From Candidatus Omnitrophota bacterium (lineage in GTDB: Bacteria > Omnitrophota > Gorgyraeia > Gygaellales > JBFMHM01): a stretch of 64,000 nucleotides of DNA. A program made the translations under genes and the position numbers. The DNA is taken from contig JBFMHM010000001.1 in NCBI GenBank assembly GCA_040753015.1, forward strand, positions 147,157-211,156, given 5' to 3'. Shown in pieces: positions 17,295 to 27,103 of this stretch. Under the pieces are notes generated by a model. It was not told where the DNA came from and ran no database searches. It saw only the letters and a list, made by a program, of their open reading frames with translations. Position 1 is the stretch's first letter, and every line of letters begins with the position of its first letter.

Positions 17295-18139
17295 AACCTC
17301 CTAAACATAAACCATTGCTCTGGATAAAGCCGTATATATTTTGCAATCAAATATGAATATTCTGTTATTAATTTACCGATTGCTTCTGGGCTTACATCAG
17401 AAGTATTAGGAATGATTGCTTTCTCAAAAATTAATTTAAATTTATCGTTAGGCTTTCTAATCATCAGGCCTAAAATAATCGGAGAACCGCTTTTTAATGA
17501 GAAAAACGCCGGACCCTTAGGAAAATATATGTCTTTACCAAAAAAATTTATTATCTGTCCTGTTTTAGTAAAATCCCTATCGCCAAGAATTGCAACAATA
17601 TAATTTTGTGCTAAGCACCTAATAATACGTATTGGGCTTCTGCCTACCGCAATAACATTAACACCTTTTGAACTACGTTGACGGTTAAAAAAATTGTCGA
17701 CTTTTTTTTCTCTATGAGGAAGCGCTACAGCATAAAAATTATATCCTAAAGTTCCTAACACAGCCCCACCCAATTCCCAATTGCCAATATGCGCTGTTAA
17801 AGCAATAACGCCTTTATTTAATTTAAGCGCTTCATCTAGGTATTCTAAATTCTTGATCTCTACGGACTCTAATATATTTTCTTTATTTAAAAGTTCGAAT
17901 CTAAAAAAATCTACAAGATATTTTGCAAAATTTCTAAAAGCAGCTTTTGCAATAACATTAATTTCTTCTCTATTTTTATCGGGAAACACTGCTCTTAAAT
18001 TATCCCTAAAACAATCTCTATCTTTTTTTGAAACAGAATAATGTATATCAGCTAAAAAAACAGCTACTCCATAGAGAAACTTTAAAGGTAGTCTTAAGCT
18101 TAAAAATTTACCTGTATTATATAGAGCAATGCCTAACAT
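17258..18139 (-). CDS. lipid A biosynthesis-type (HtrB/MsbB family) lysophospholipid acyltransferase
   Basis: HIGNWE catalytic motif. 293 aa. Confidence 0.65.
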   Translation of the reverse strand: MLGIALYNTGKFLSLRLPLKFLYGVAVFLADIHYSVSKKDRDCFRDNLRAVFPDKNREEINVIAKAAFRNFAKYLVDFFRFELLNKENILESVEIKNLEYLDEALKLNKGVIALTAHIGNWELGGAVLGTLGYNFYAVALPHREKKVDNFFNRQRSSKGVNVIAVGRSPIRIIRCLAQNYIVAILGDRDFTKTGQIINFFGKDIYFPKGPAFFSLKSGSPIILGLMIRKPNDKFKLIFEKAIIPNTSDVSPEAIGKLITEYSYLIAKYIRLYPEQWFMFRRFWERENIWEFVF

Positions 18140-19248
18140 AAACCTAAAGTAAAGCTTGCAATATCTACTGAGGCATTGGGTTTACTTATACAAAGTGCAT
18201 TCTTACGCATATTCTCAAGCCTATCTTTATCATTCAATAAATTTTCCACTACTGTATTTATAGCATTTATTCTTTCTACGTAAATAGCAACACCTTTTTT
18301 TACTAAATAATTAGTATTAAAAATTTCCTGGCCGGGAATCGGGCTCACTATAATCAGAGGGACTTGTTTAGCCAAGGCTTCTGATGTAGTCAGGCCACCG
18401 GGTTTTGTAATAATTAAAGTAGCTACACTCATCAGCTCATCAATATTTCTTGTAAAACCAAAGATTATGATTTTATTTCTATGCTTTTTCTTTAACCTTT
18501 GTGCCTGTATCTCTAACTTTTTATTCGTACCACAAACTAAAATAATTTGAAGATTCAAATGTATGCCTTTGAGAGATTTTATTATTTTTTTAATAGGGCC
18601 TATACCTTGTCCGCCACCCATAATTAAAATTACCGGCAGATTTCTGTCAAGTTGTAATTTTTCAAAGACAACACTAGCATTAATTATATTTTTAAATTTT
18701 GAATCAATGGGGATACCGAATACTTTTATATTATTTTCTGCAATACCTTTTTTAATCAAATCGCATTTTAACTCTTCTGAACCAACAACATAATAATTAA
18801 CTTCATTTTCAAACCAATAGGCATGCGGTGCATAATCAGTCATCACGGCAACTAGCTTAAATTTATCTCTAAAACGCCTCTTATATTCAGCGCACACACC
18901 GCAAGGAAAAGCCTGTGTAGCCACAACAACATCCGGCTTAAACCCCTCGATCAAACGCCTAACTCTTCGATAGCTTCTAGAATATACATATTCTTTTATT
19001 TTTTTTGTACCATTAATAATTCTTTTGTTATCATAAAGAAACCCCCAAATAGCCGGGGTGTTTTTTATTGCCTTAAGATAGATTTTAGTAACGATTTTTG
19101 AAGTTGTTTTGCCAACATAATCAAATATATTTATTGATAATGTTTCTGCGGTTGGAGAAATGCTTTTGATGGCCTGCTCAATTGCAGAGCTTGCCTCTTT
19201 ATGCCCGGAAATATTTGATATATGCATTAAAAGTATTCGACGCGCCAT
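18133..19248 (-). CDS. GT28-family glycosyltransferase (MGDG synthase / diacylglycerol glycosyltransferase-like)
   Basis: 371 aa. N-terminal MGDG-synthase-like domain and a C-terminal GT28 (MurG-like) domain with GGGQG. Confidence 0.6.
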   Translation of the reverse strand: MARRILLMHISNISGHKEASSAIEQAIKSISPTAETLSINIFDYVGKTTSKIVTKIYLKAIKNTPAIWGFLYDNKRIINGTKKIKEYVYSRSYRRVRRLIEGFKPDVVVATQAFPCGVCAEYKRRFRDKFKLVAVMTDYAPHAYWFENEVNYYVVGSEELKCDLIKKGIAENNIKVFGIPIDSKFKNIINASVVFEKLQLDRNLPVILIMGGGQGIGPIKKIIKSLKGIHLNLQIILVCGTNKKLEIQAQRLKKKHRNKIIIFGFTRNIDELMSVATLIITKPGGLTTSEALAKQVPLIIVSPIPGQEIFNTNYLVKKGVAIYVERINAINTVVENLLNDKDRLENMRKNALCISKPNASVDIASFTLGLC

Positions 19249-19363
19249 AATGAATATAATTATAGCAAAACAAAGGTAATTAGAAATAAAAAAAATAAGA
19301 AACTACCGGTTTGATTTGCTAGACAAAACTTATGCTTTGACTAATAAAGAATAAACTATTGCC

Positions 19364-20578
19364 TTAAACTTCTAGTAAAGATTCGGAAACACTAGGATGA
19401 GTAAAAGCTAACTTTTTGAACTTATTTAAATCTAGGTTAGAATTTATAGCAGTTACTAAAATATTAACTATCTCAAAAGCATTTGGACAATATAAAACTC
19501 CACCTAAAATTTTGTCTGTTTTATCTTCAATAAATAATTTTATAATACCGCCTGTTTCGCCTAATATATTGCAAATACCGTTGGCTTTTAGGCTAAACGT
19601 TTTAGCCTTGCCCGAAGTAACACCGACGGCAGCAATTTCAGGATAGACAAAAATTGAATTAGGAATCAAATTATAATTAATACTCTCTTCTCTGATATTA
19701 TTTTGCAAATTATAAATATTAGTCGCACAGGTTTTGCCTTCCTTGCTAGCTGCATGAGCAAGTAAAAGTTTTCCGTTAACATCGCCAGCTAGATAAATAT
19801 TTGGTTCCTTTACAAAGCTAAGCCAATCTGAATCCAAATTCGGCATTCTCCCAATAGTTACTAATACTTTTTCAAAATTATCTATGTTTATTTTACTAAA
19901 ATCACATGAAGTAATGATATCAATGCCTATTTTCTTAAATTCAAGCCCTACTTTCTTTGATATTTCAATATCGAGTTCTGGTAGGATATAAGATTTGACT
20001 TCAATAAGGGTTACATTAATACCAAAATTCGAAAAAATCCAAGCAAATTCACAGCCAATTGCCCCTGCACCAATTATTAATAAATTTTTTGGTAAAACCT
20101 CTAAATTTAAAATATCAGTCGAAGAAAGTATTTTTTTACCATCAAATTCAAGATTATTAAGTTCTTTCGGCATAGAACCGGTTGCTAAAATCAGATTTTT
20201 TGTCTTGAGAATCTTCCCGTCGATAATAATCTCACTGCAAGACTTAATTTCTGCGTTTGAATAAAATAAATCAATATTTTTTAATTGATACTTAAGCCCT
20301 TGTGCGATATTTTCAATAATCTTCTCTTTTCGCTTGAAAATATCAGAAAAATTTATACTAAAATCTTTAGTATTTATACCAAATTCTTTAGATTTTCTTA
20401 TCTGATGAATAAGTTTTGCGCTTTGAAAATATACTTTGGTAGGAATACAACCATAATTAAGACAAAGCCCGCCTATTTTATCTTTCTCAACCAGAGCTGT
20501 CTTTAAACCAAGATTACTTGCAGTGATTGCAGCATTTATTCCTGCCCAACCACCACCTATAACTACTACATCATACAT
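19364..20578 (-). CDS. dihydrolipoyl dehydrogenase-like FAD/NAD disulfide oxidoreductase (short form)
   Basis: FAD motif VVVIGGGWAG and redox-active disulfide GGLCLNYGCIPTK. 404 aa, shorter than typical Lpd. Confidence 0.65.
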   Translation of the reverse strand: MYDVVVIGGGWAGINAAITASNLGLKTALVEKDKIGGLCLNYGCIPTKVYFQSAKLIHQIRKSKEFGINTKDFSINFSDIFKRKEKIIENIAQGLKYQLKNIDLFYSNAEIKSCSEIIIDGKILKTKNLILATGSMPKELNNLEFDGKKILSSTDILNLEVLPKNLLIIGAGAIGCEFAWIFSNFGINVTLIEVKSYILPELDIEISKKVGLEFKKIGIDIITSCDFSKINIDNFEKVLVTIGRMPNLDSDWLSFVKEPNIYLAGDVNGKLLLAHAASKEGKTCATNIYNLQNNIREESINYNLIPNSIFVYPEIAAVGVTSGKAKTFSLKANGICNILGETGGIIKLFIEDKTDKILGGVLYCPNAFEIVNILVTAINSNLDLNKFKKLAFTHPSVSESLLEV

Positions 20579-20579
20579 T

Positions 20580-21497
20580 TTATTTAGGAAGGGAGTTTTT
20601 TATTACACTTGCTGCTTTTTGAAATAATTCTTTTTCTTCTAAATTTAAGTCTAGTTCAATTATTTTCTCAATACCATCCCTACTAAGAACCACCGGAACA
20701 CCGAGACAAACATCTTTTAAACCATATTCTCCATTTAAAAAACAAGAAGCAGTGGTTTGTTTTTTTTGATCATTCAATATTATCTCAATTAATTCAAGGA
20801 GCCCTGCAGATGGCGCATAATAAGCGCTTCCTGTCTTATACAAAGAAACAATCTCAGCGCCCCTATTCATTGTTAGCTTAATAATTTCATCAATAATTGT
20901 CTTATTACAAATTTCTGTAAGCGGCTTACCACGAACAAGGGTAAATCGCGCCAAAGGAAGCATTTCTTGGCCATGGGATGCAACTACAAGTGGATTAATC
21001 TCTGTAACAGAAACTGACAATTTTTCTGAAATAATATTTGCAAAGCGCGAAGCATCTAAATTCATGCCAAAGCCAATTATTTTTTCGCGCATAAACCCAA
21101 GCTCTTTGTAAGCAATGTAAGTAATAATATCAAGCGGATTTGTAACAATAATTACTATTGTATCGTGAGAACAAAATTGCTTTATTTGGGCAGAAATATC
21201 CTTTATAATTTTTGAATTTATCAAGAGTAAATCTTCGCGTGTCATACCAGGTTTTCTGGCGACTCCCGCAGTAATCACAATAACATTCGAATCTTTTAGA
21301 TATGAAAAATCAGTTGTGCCAACAATATCAAATTGTTTATTTAAGGATTTTTGGCTATCTTTTATATCAAAAGCCTTTGCGCATGCAAGGCTACTAGCAA
21401 TATCTATTAAAGTAACACTTGCAAATTGCCTTTCAACAATTCTTAGGGCAAGCGTACCGCCAACATTTCCTGCACCAATTATGCTAACCTTAGGCAT
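20580..21497 (-). CDS. mdh: malate dehydrogenase (LDH-like type)
   Basis: N-terminus KVSIIGAGNVGG plus VIVITAGVARKPGMTREDLL. Confidence 0.8.
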   Translation of the reverse strand: MPKVSIIGAGNVGGTLALRIVERQFASVTLIDIASSLACAKAFDIKDSQKSLNKQFDIVGTTDFSYLKDSNVIVITAGVARKPGMTREDLLLINSKIIKDISAQIKQFCSHDTIVIIVTNPLDIITYIAYKELGFMREKIIGFGMNLDASRFANIISEKLSVSVTEINPLVVASHGQEMLPLARFTLVRGKPLTEICNKTIIDEIIKLTMNRGAEIVSLYKTGSAYYAPSAGLLELIEIILNDQKKQTTASCFLNGEYGLKDVCLGVPVVLSRDGIEKIIELDLNLEEKELFQKAASVIKNSLPK

Positions 21498-21498
21498 A

Positions 21499-22581
21499 TT
21501 ACTTAAGTTTGTTAATTACAGCATCAGCCATTTCTTGTGTGCCGACAGCCTCATTAATTTTGTTATGTGGCTTTAAATCGTAGGTTACAAATTTTCCTTC
21601 GCGGATAACATCACTAACTGCCTTTTCAAGACGGTTTGCCGCATCTTCTTCATTTAAATACCGTAACATTAAAACCGCAGAAAGAACCATAGCTGTAGGA
21701 TTAACTTTATTTAGGCCTTTATATTTTGGCGCGGCCCCGTGCACAGCCTCAAAAACTGCAATCCCTTCTCCAATGTTTGCTCCTGGCGCAATACCAAGCC
21801 CGCCAATTAGGCCCGCGCAAAGGTCAGATACAATATCGCCATAAAGATTTGGCAGAACTAGCACATCGTAATTTTGTGGTTTTGTCACTAGCTGCATTGT
21901 CATATTATCCACAATACAATCGGAAAATTCAACTTTACCTTCATATTTTTTTGCAATTTCACGGCCAACCTTTAAAAATAGCCCGTCGGTAAATTTCATA
22001 ATGTTTGCTTTATGTACAACGGTTACTTTTTTACGATTATATTTAAGCGCATATTTAAAAGCAAAATCAATAACACGGGCTGACGCGAAATTAGAAATTG
22101 GCTTAATTGAAATTGCAGAATCTTGGCGAATTTTTTTAGGTTGAAGGCGTTCAATTAATGTAATTAGTTCTTTTACTTCATTTGAATTAATATCAAATTC
22201 AATACCTGCATAAAGGTCTTCGGTGTTTTCGCGGACAATAACTAAGTCGATATCTTTAAAATTACTTTTTACTCCCTCATAACTTTTTGCCGGCCTTAAA
22301 CATGCATACAAATCAAGTATTTGCCTTATTCCAACATTTACAGAACGAAAACCTGTGCCTATAGGAGTAATTATTGGGCCTTTTAAAGCAATTTTATTTT
22401 TTTTAACTGATTGAATTGTAGAATCAGGAAGGATATTTCCGTGTGTTTTAATTGCATCTTCACCAGCGGGATGTTCTTCCCATTTTACGCCAAGACATAA
22501 CGCATCAACGCATCTTTTTGCAGCAAGACTAACCTCTGGGCCAATGCCATCACCGGGGATAAGCGTTACTATATAGCTCAT
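21499..22581 (-). CDS. isocitrate / 3-isopropylmalate dehydrogenase family enzyme
   Basis: Motif NLYGDIVSDLCAGLIGGLGIAPGANIG. Substrate not resolvable from sequence; context includes both leuCD and mdh. Confidence 0.8.
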   Translation of the reverse strand: MSYIVTLIPGDGIGPEVSLAAKRCVDALCLGVKWEEHPAGEDAIKTHGNILPDSTIQSVKKNKIALKGPIITPIGTGFRSVNVGIRQILDLYACLRPAKSYEGVKSNFKDIDLVIVRENTEDLYAGIEFDINSNEVKELITLIERLQPKKIRQDSAISIKPISNFASARVIDFAFKYALKYNRKKVTVVHKANIMKFTDGLFLKVGREIAKKYEGKVEFSDCIVDNMTMQLVTKPQNYDVLVLPNLYGDIVSDLCAGLIGGLGIAPGANIGEGIAVFEAVHGAAPKYKGLNKVNPTAMVLSAVLMLRYLNEEDAANRLEKAVSDVIREGKFVTYDLKPHNKINEAVGTQEMADAVINKLK

Positions 22582-23078
22582 AGATCAAAACTTCCGTGTT
22601 TCTTTAGATATTCAACCGCGCCACCCTCGGCTAAAATTTTACGCATAAACAATGGCAACGGCTTAATATCAATAGAAATATTTTTATCTTTAACTAATAT
22701 CTTACCAGTCTCTAAATCAATATTTAAATAATCATTGTCGTTAATTTTATCTGTATCAGCTTCAATTAAAGTTAAACCAATATTAATTGCGTTACGATAA
22801 AAAATTCTAGCAAAACTCTTCGCCACAACCGCATTAATACCGGCGGTTTTAATAACCCATGGGGCTTGTTCGCGCGAAGACCCGCAACCAAAATTACCTC
22901 CAGCAACAATCAAAGAATCACCCTTCTTTACCTTTGAAAAAAAATCAGGACAAATATCTTCAAATAAATGTTTAGATAATTCATTCATATCTGTAATTGA
23001 AAATTTATACCTTCCGGATATAATCAAATCTGTATTAACGCTATCGCCAAATTTAAAAACTATGCCATTTATTTGCAT
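22578..23078 (-). CDS. leuD: 3-isopropylmalate/homoaconitate dehydratase small subunit
   Basis: 166 aa with motif GGNFGCGSSREQAPW. Confidence 0.8.
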   Translation of the reverse strand: MQINGIVFKFGDSVNTDLIISGRYKFSITDMNELSKHLFEDICPDFFSKVKKGDSLIVAGGNFGCGSSREQAPWVIKTAGINAVVAKSFARIFYRNAINIGLTLIEADTDKINDNDYLNIDLETGKILVKDKNISIDIKPLPLFMRKILAEGGAVEYLKKHGSFDL

Positions 23079-23084
23079 ATAATT

Positions 23085-24131
23085 CTAAAAATGTTTAAAC
23101 TCTTCCGCGTTTTTGACTTTTGCCATAGCTGTATCTAGCGAAATAAGCCCTGCTTCAAGTAATTCCCTTAAAGACTTATCCATGGTTTTCATGCCAAATT
23201 GGCCGCCTGTCTGCATTAATGTTGGAATTTGCTCAATCTCTTGTTCCCGGATAAGATTACGAATACCAGGCGTACCAATCATAATCTCAGTTGCAATAAC
23301 TCTTCCCTTGCCGCCTGCTTGCGGCAGTAGAAGCTGTGAAACAACTGCCTGTAAACAATCTGCTAATTGAAGACGCACCTGTTGTTGTTGATGCGGAGGA
23401 AAAACATCAATTATACGCTCAATTGTTTGTGGCGCATCAGGCGTATGTAAAGTTGCTAAAACTAAATGCCCTGTTTCTGCGGCAGTTAAAGTAGTAGAAA
23501 TAGTCTCTAAGTCGCGCATCTCACCAACAACAATAACATTAGGATCTTGCCTTAATGTATGACGGAGCGCTTCAGCAAAAGAATGCGTATCTGAATAAAC
23601 CTCGCGTTGCTTAATTATACTCTTCTTATTCTTATGAATGAATTCTATGGGGTCTTCGATACAAACAATTATAGACTCCCGCTCAGAATTAATTAGATCA
23701 ATCATCGCTGCAAGCGTAGTAGTCTTACCAACACCCGTAGGCCCTGTTACTAAAACTAGCCCGTTTGGCTTTCGTGCTAAAGTTGATACTATGGAAGGCA
23801 AACGTAATTGTTCAAGTGATGGAATTTCAAGAGGAATCCTTCTAAAAGCAGCTTCTACAGAACCTTTTTGCATATGAACATTAACACGAAATCTATCAAG
23901 CCCGGGTAAAGCTAAAGATAAATCTAATTCTAGCTCTTTTTCAAATTCTTCCTTTTGGGGATTAGTAAGTATAGTATAAATAATCCTTTTTATCTCATCC
24001 CGTTTTAATTTACCCAGATCTGTACGAATCAATTTTCCATCAACCCTAATTATCGGCGGCTCTTCTTCTGTAAGATGTAAATCTGATGCGCCCTCTTTTA
24101 TAGTCATCATAAATAAATCTTTTAGATCCAT
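23085..24131 (-). CDS. pilT: type IV pilus retraction ATPase PilT
   Basis: 348 aa. Walker A GPTGVGKTT and conserved PilT C-terminal region. Confidence 0.8.
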   Translation of the reverse strand: MDLKDLFMMTIKEGASDLHLTEEEPPIIRVDGKLIRTDLGKLKRDEIKRIIYTILTNPQKEEFEKELELDLSLALPGLDRFRVNVHMQKGSVEAAFRRIPLEIPSLEQLRLPSIVSTLARKPNGLVLVTGPTGVGKTTTLAAMIDLINSERESIIVCIEDPIEFIHKNKKSIIKQREVYSDTHSFAEALRHTLRQDPNVIVVGEMRDLETISTTLTAAETGHLVLATLHTPDAPQTIERIIDVFPPHQQQQVRLQLADCLQAVVSQLLLPQAGGKGRVIATEIMIGTPGIRNLIREQEIEQIPTLMQTGGQFGMKTMDKSLRELLEAGLISLDTAMAKVKNAEEFKHF

Positions 24132-24139
24132 AATACCCC

Positions 24140-25396
24140 CTATATGAATTTTCTTGGATCAGTAATTTTGCCTGTTACAGCACTTGCTGCTGCTGTTAAA
24201 GGCGAAGCTAAATAGATAAATGCATTCGTATTACCCATTCTACCTTTAAAATTCCTGTTTGCAGTAGAAACTACCACTTCGTTATCTGCCGGGACTCCTT
24301 GATGAGTACCTACGCAAGGCCCGCATCCTGGCGGCACAATAACGCAGCCAGCATTTATAAAATCTTTTATCAAGCCAAGCCTTAAAGCTTCTAGATAAAT
24401 ATTTTTAGACGCGGGAGAAATTATACATCTAATATCATTCTTAACCTTATATTTCTTTAAGATTGAGTGCGCTTGTTCTAAATCCTCTAACCTACCATTA
24501 GTACAAGTACCAATGTAAACTTCATTAATTTCGGTATTCTCTAAATCTTGAACTTGGCATGTGTTATCAACAACGTGCGGCTTGGCTAACATTGGGCTAA
24601 TTTCGGACACATCATATTCTAGAATTTTTTCGTATATCGCATCTTTATCTGGGGCAACTATATTAAATTTTGATTTAATATTATACTTCTTGAGCCAGCT
24701 AGTTGTTTTCTTATCTACAGGCATAAACGCGCATTTTGCACCCATCTCAATAGCCATATTACAAATTGTAAAACGTCCGGACATATCAACTTTATCAATA
24801 TAGCTGCCATTAAACTCAACTGCTTTATAAGTAGCTCCATCGGCAGTTAATTTTCCGATTATATAAAGTATGATGTCTTTTGCAGTAACCCCTCTTTTTG
24901 CCTCGCCTGATAATATAATTTTAAATGTCTCTGGAACCTTAAACCAATTTTTACCGCTTGCGGCAGTTATTGCAAGATCTGTGGAACCAACGCCTGTTGC
25001 AAAAGCACCCAATGCACCATAAGTACAAGTATGCGAATCTGCCCCTAAAACCATATTACCCGGTAAAACATTCCCGCCTTCAGGAATTACCTGATGGCAC
25101 ACCCCACAGCCAATATCATAAAGTTTCATACCAAATTCTTTAGCAAAATCACGCATTCTTTTATGAACAGCTGATGCGCCCTCTTTTGAACTTGGAGCAT
25201 TATGATCGATAACAAATGCTATTTTTTGACTATCGAATAATTTCTTTACGCCTAATTTATGAAGTTGATCAATTACTATATTACTTGTGCCGTCCTGACT
25301 AAAACAAAAATCTATACGGCAAAGTGCGAGATCACCCGCCTTGACATCGCCTGAGGAATGCTCGCTCATTATCTTTTCAACTATTGTTTTTGGCAT
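24140..25396 (-). CDS. leuC: 3-isopropylmalate/homoaconitate dehydratase large subunit (aconitase family)
   Basis: 418 aa. Aconitase-family Cys ligands and a GTCTNGRLEDL-like motif. Confidence 0.8.
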   Translation of the reverse strand: MPKTIVEKIMSEHSSGDVKAGDLALCRIDFCFSQDGTSNIVIDQLHKLGVKKLFDSQKIAFVIDHNAPSSKEGASAVHKRMRDFAKEFGMKLYDIGCGVCHQVIPEGGNVLPGNMVLGADSHTCTYGALGAFATGVGSTDLAITAASGKNWFKVPETFKIILSGEAKRGVTAKDIILYIIGKLTADGATYKAVEFNGSYIDKVDMSGRFTICNMAIEMGAKCAFMPVDKKTTSWLKKYNIKSKFNIVAPDKDAIYEKILEYDVSEISPMLAKPHVVDNTCQVQDLENTEINEVYIGTCTNGRLEDLEQAHSILKKYKVKNDIRCIISPASKNIYLEALRLGLIKDFINAGCVIVPPGCGPCVGTHQGVPADNEVVVSTANRNFKGRMGNTNAFIYLASPLTAAASAVTGKITDPRKFI

Positions 25397-26544
25397 ATAA
25401 ATTTTTTAAGTCTTGTGATTCCTTTTTCTATTTCTGACTCGCTGGCTGCGAAACTTAAACGGATAAATTCATCGAAACCAAATGGTGCGCCCGGAATAAC
25501 CGCAACTTTTTCCTCAATTAAAAATTTCTTTGCAAATTCTGCAGATGGTAAACCAAATTTTGAAATATTACAAAAAAGATAAAATGCTCCCTCGGGATTA
25601 ATATATTCGATTTCAGAAACATTTCTCATTAATTCAACTATCAGGTTTCGCCTTTTTTCAAAAATTCGACAAAATTCTTTTGTTATCTCGCTATTTTTTA
25701 AAGCACAAAAAGCAGCTTTTTGGCTAATTGAACACGGGTTTGATGTTGCATGACTTTGTAAATTTGCAACCGCCTTCATAACTGCCTTTGGGCCGCAGGC
25801 ATAACCAATGCGCCATCCTGTCATAGAATATGACTTGGACATACCATTCACAGTTATCGTTAAATCATTAATCTGACTGCCCAAAGAAGCAATAGATATA
25901 TGAGGCTTATTATCAAAAATTATTTTTTCATAAATTTCATCACTAATAACAAGTATGTTATGTTTAACACAAACATCTGCAAACTGTTTAATTTCTTCTT
26001 TTGAATATACTTGACCGGTTGGATTCGACGGACTATTTAAGATTAATAATTTAGTGCGTTTCGTGATATGCTGCTCTAGAAGCGCTGGCGTTAATCTATA
26101 ATTATTCTCTTTTACTGTCTTGATAATTATGGGTTTAGCTTGAGCAAGCTTCACCATTTCTGGATAACTAAGCCAGTAAGGCGAAATAATTAAAACTTCG
26201 TCGCCTTGATCAACTAAAACTTGAATAATATTATAAATAGAATGCTTAGCGCCGTTTGATACGACAATTTGTTCAGGCAAATACTCTAAATTATTATCTT
26301 TCTTAAGTTTTTGGCAGATTAACTCTCGTAATTCAAGTATGCCTTGGGCAGGAGTATATTTAGTAAAACCACCTTCGATTGCTTTAATAGCTTCTTTTTT
26401 TATAAAATCGGGCGTGTCAAAATCAGGCTCACCTGAAGCCATACTTACAACATCATGCCCTTCCTGTTTCATCTTCTTGGCAATGCTCGTAATTTCAAGA
26501 GTTTCGGAAGGGCTAACCTCTAAAATTCTCTTGGCGAAATTCAT
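25381..26544 (-). CDS. aspC: class I PLP-dependent aspartate aminotransferase
   Basis: 387 aa with motifs SNPSNPTG and VNGMSKSYSMTGWRIGY. Confidence 0.8.
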   Translation of the reverse strand: MNFAKRILEVSPSETLEITSIAKKMKQEGHDVVSMASGEPDFDTPDFIKKEAIKAIEGGFTKYTPAQGILELRELICQKLKKDNNLEYLPEQIVVSNGAKHSIYNIIQVLVDQGDEVLIISPYWLSYPEMVKLAQAKPIIIKTVKENNYRLTPALLEQHITKRTKLLILNSPSNPTGQVYSKEEIKQFADVCVKHNILVISDEIYEKIIFDNKPHISIASLGSQINDLTITVNGMSKSYSMTGWRIGYACGPKAVMKAVANLQSHATSNPCSISQKAAFCALKNSEITKEFCRIFEKRRNLIVELMRNVSEIEYINPEGAFYLFCNISKFGLPSAEFAKKFLIEEKVAVIPGAPFGFDEFIRLSFAASESEIEKGITRLKKFICQKQ

Positions 26545-26551
26545 TTGATAA

Positions 26552-27103
26552 TTATAAGGAATCTCTTTCTTTCTTAAAAATCCCCTTTATCCCTTTTAAA
26601 AAGCCTTTTTGCTTAGGCTCTTTTTCCTCTCTAGGCTTATGTTCTTTCTCTTCTAACGGCGGAGCAGAATGGTGATGCTCGTGAATCTCTTCTTCCTTTT
26701 TATGCTTATGTATTTCTTTTTTTGATTTTTTAATTTTTTCTTTTATTTCCTTCTTAGTTAATTCAAATATAACAAGCTCTGCACCGTCTCCACGCCTTGC
26801 TCTATAAGGAATAATTCTCGTATAACCACCTTTTATATCTTTATAACGTGGGGCTATCGAATCAAATATTTTTTTTACTAGGCTTTCATCTCTTAAAACA
26901 CTAAACGCGCGACGCCGCTTTGCAATTGTACCTTCCTTAGCATAAGTAATCAATCTTTCACAGAGAGATCTTGCGGCTTTCGCTTTAGTCTTCGTCGTTT
27001 TGATTGATTCGTATTTAAACAAAGCCCTGCTAAGCGCTTCTAATGTTGCCTTCCTTAAACTTGTAAACCTTCCTAATCTAAATTTACGTTTTGCGTGTCT
27101 CAT
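26552..27103 (-). CDS. rplQ: 50S ribosomal protein L17 with ~65-aa K/E/H-rich C-terminal extension
   Basis: N-terminal 118 aa is canonical L17. The tail reads KKEIHKHKKEEEIHEHHHS.... Confidence 0.9.
   Translation of the reverse strand: MRHAKRKFRLGRFTSLRKATLEALSRALFKYESIKTTKTKAKAARSLCERLITYAKEGTIAKRRRAFSVLRDESLVKKIFDSIAPRYKDIKGGYTRIIPYRARRGDGAELVIFELTKKEIKEKIKKSKKEIHKHKKEEEIHEHHHSAPPLEEKEHKPREEKEPKQKGFLKGIKGIFKKERDSL

Noticed and set aside
19249-19363. Possible terminator/promoter in the only sizable intergenic gap (aaccggtt palindrome, T-run, TATAAT 14 nt from the ATG)
   Set aside because: Stem is only 4 AT-rich bp, and the -10 is too close to the annotated ATG unless the mRNA is leaderless. 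Too weak to call.
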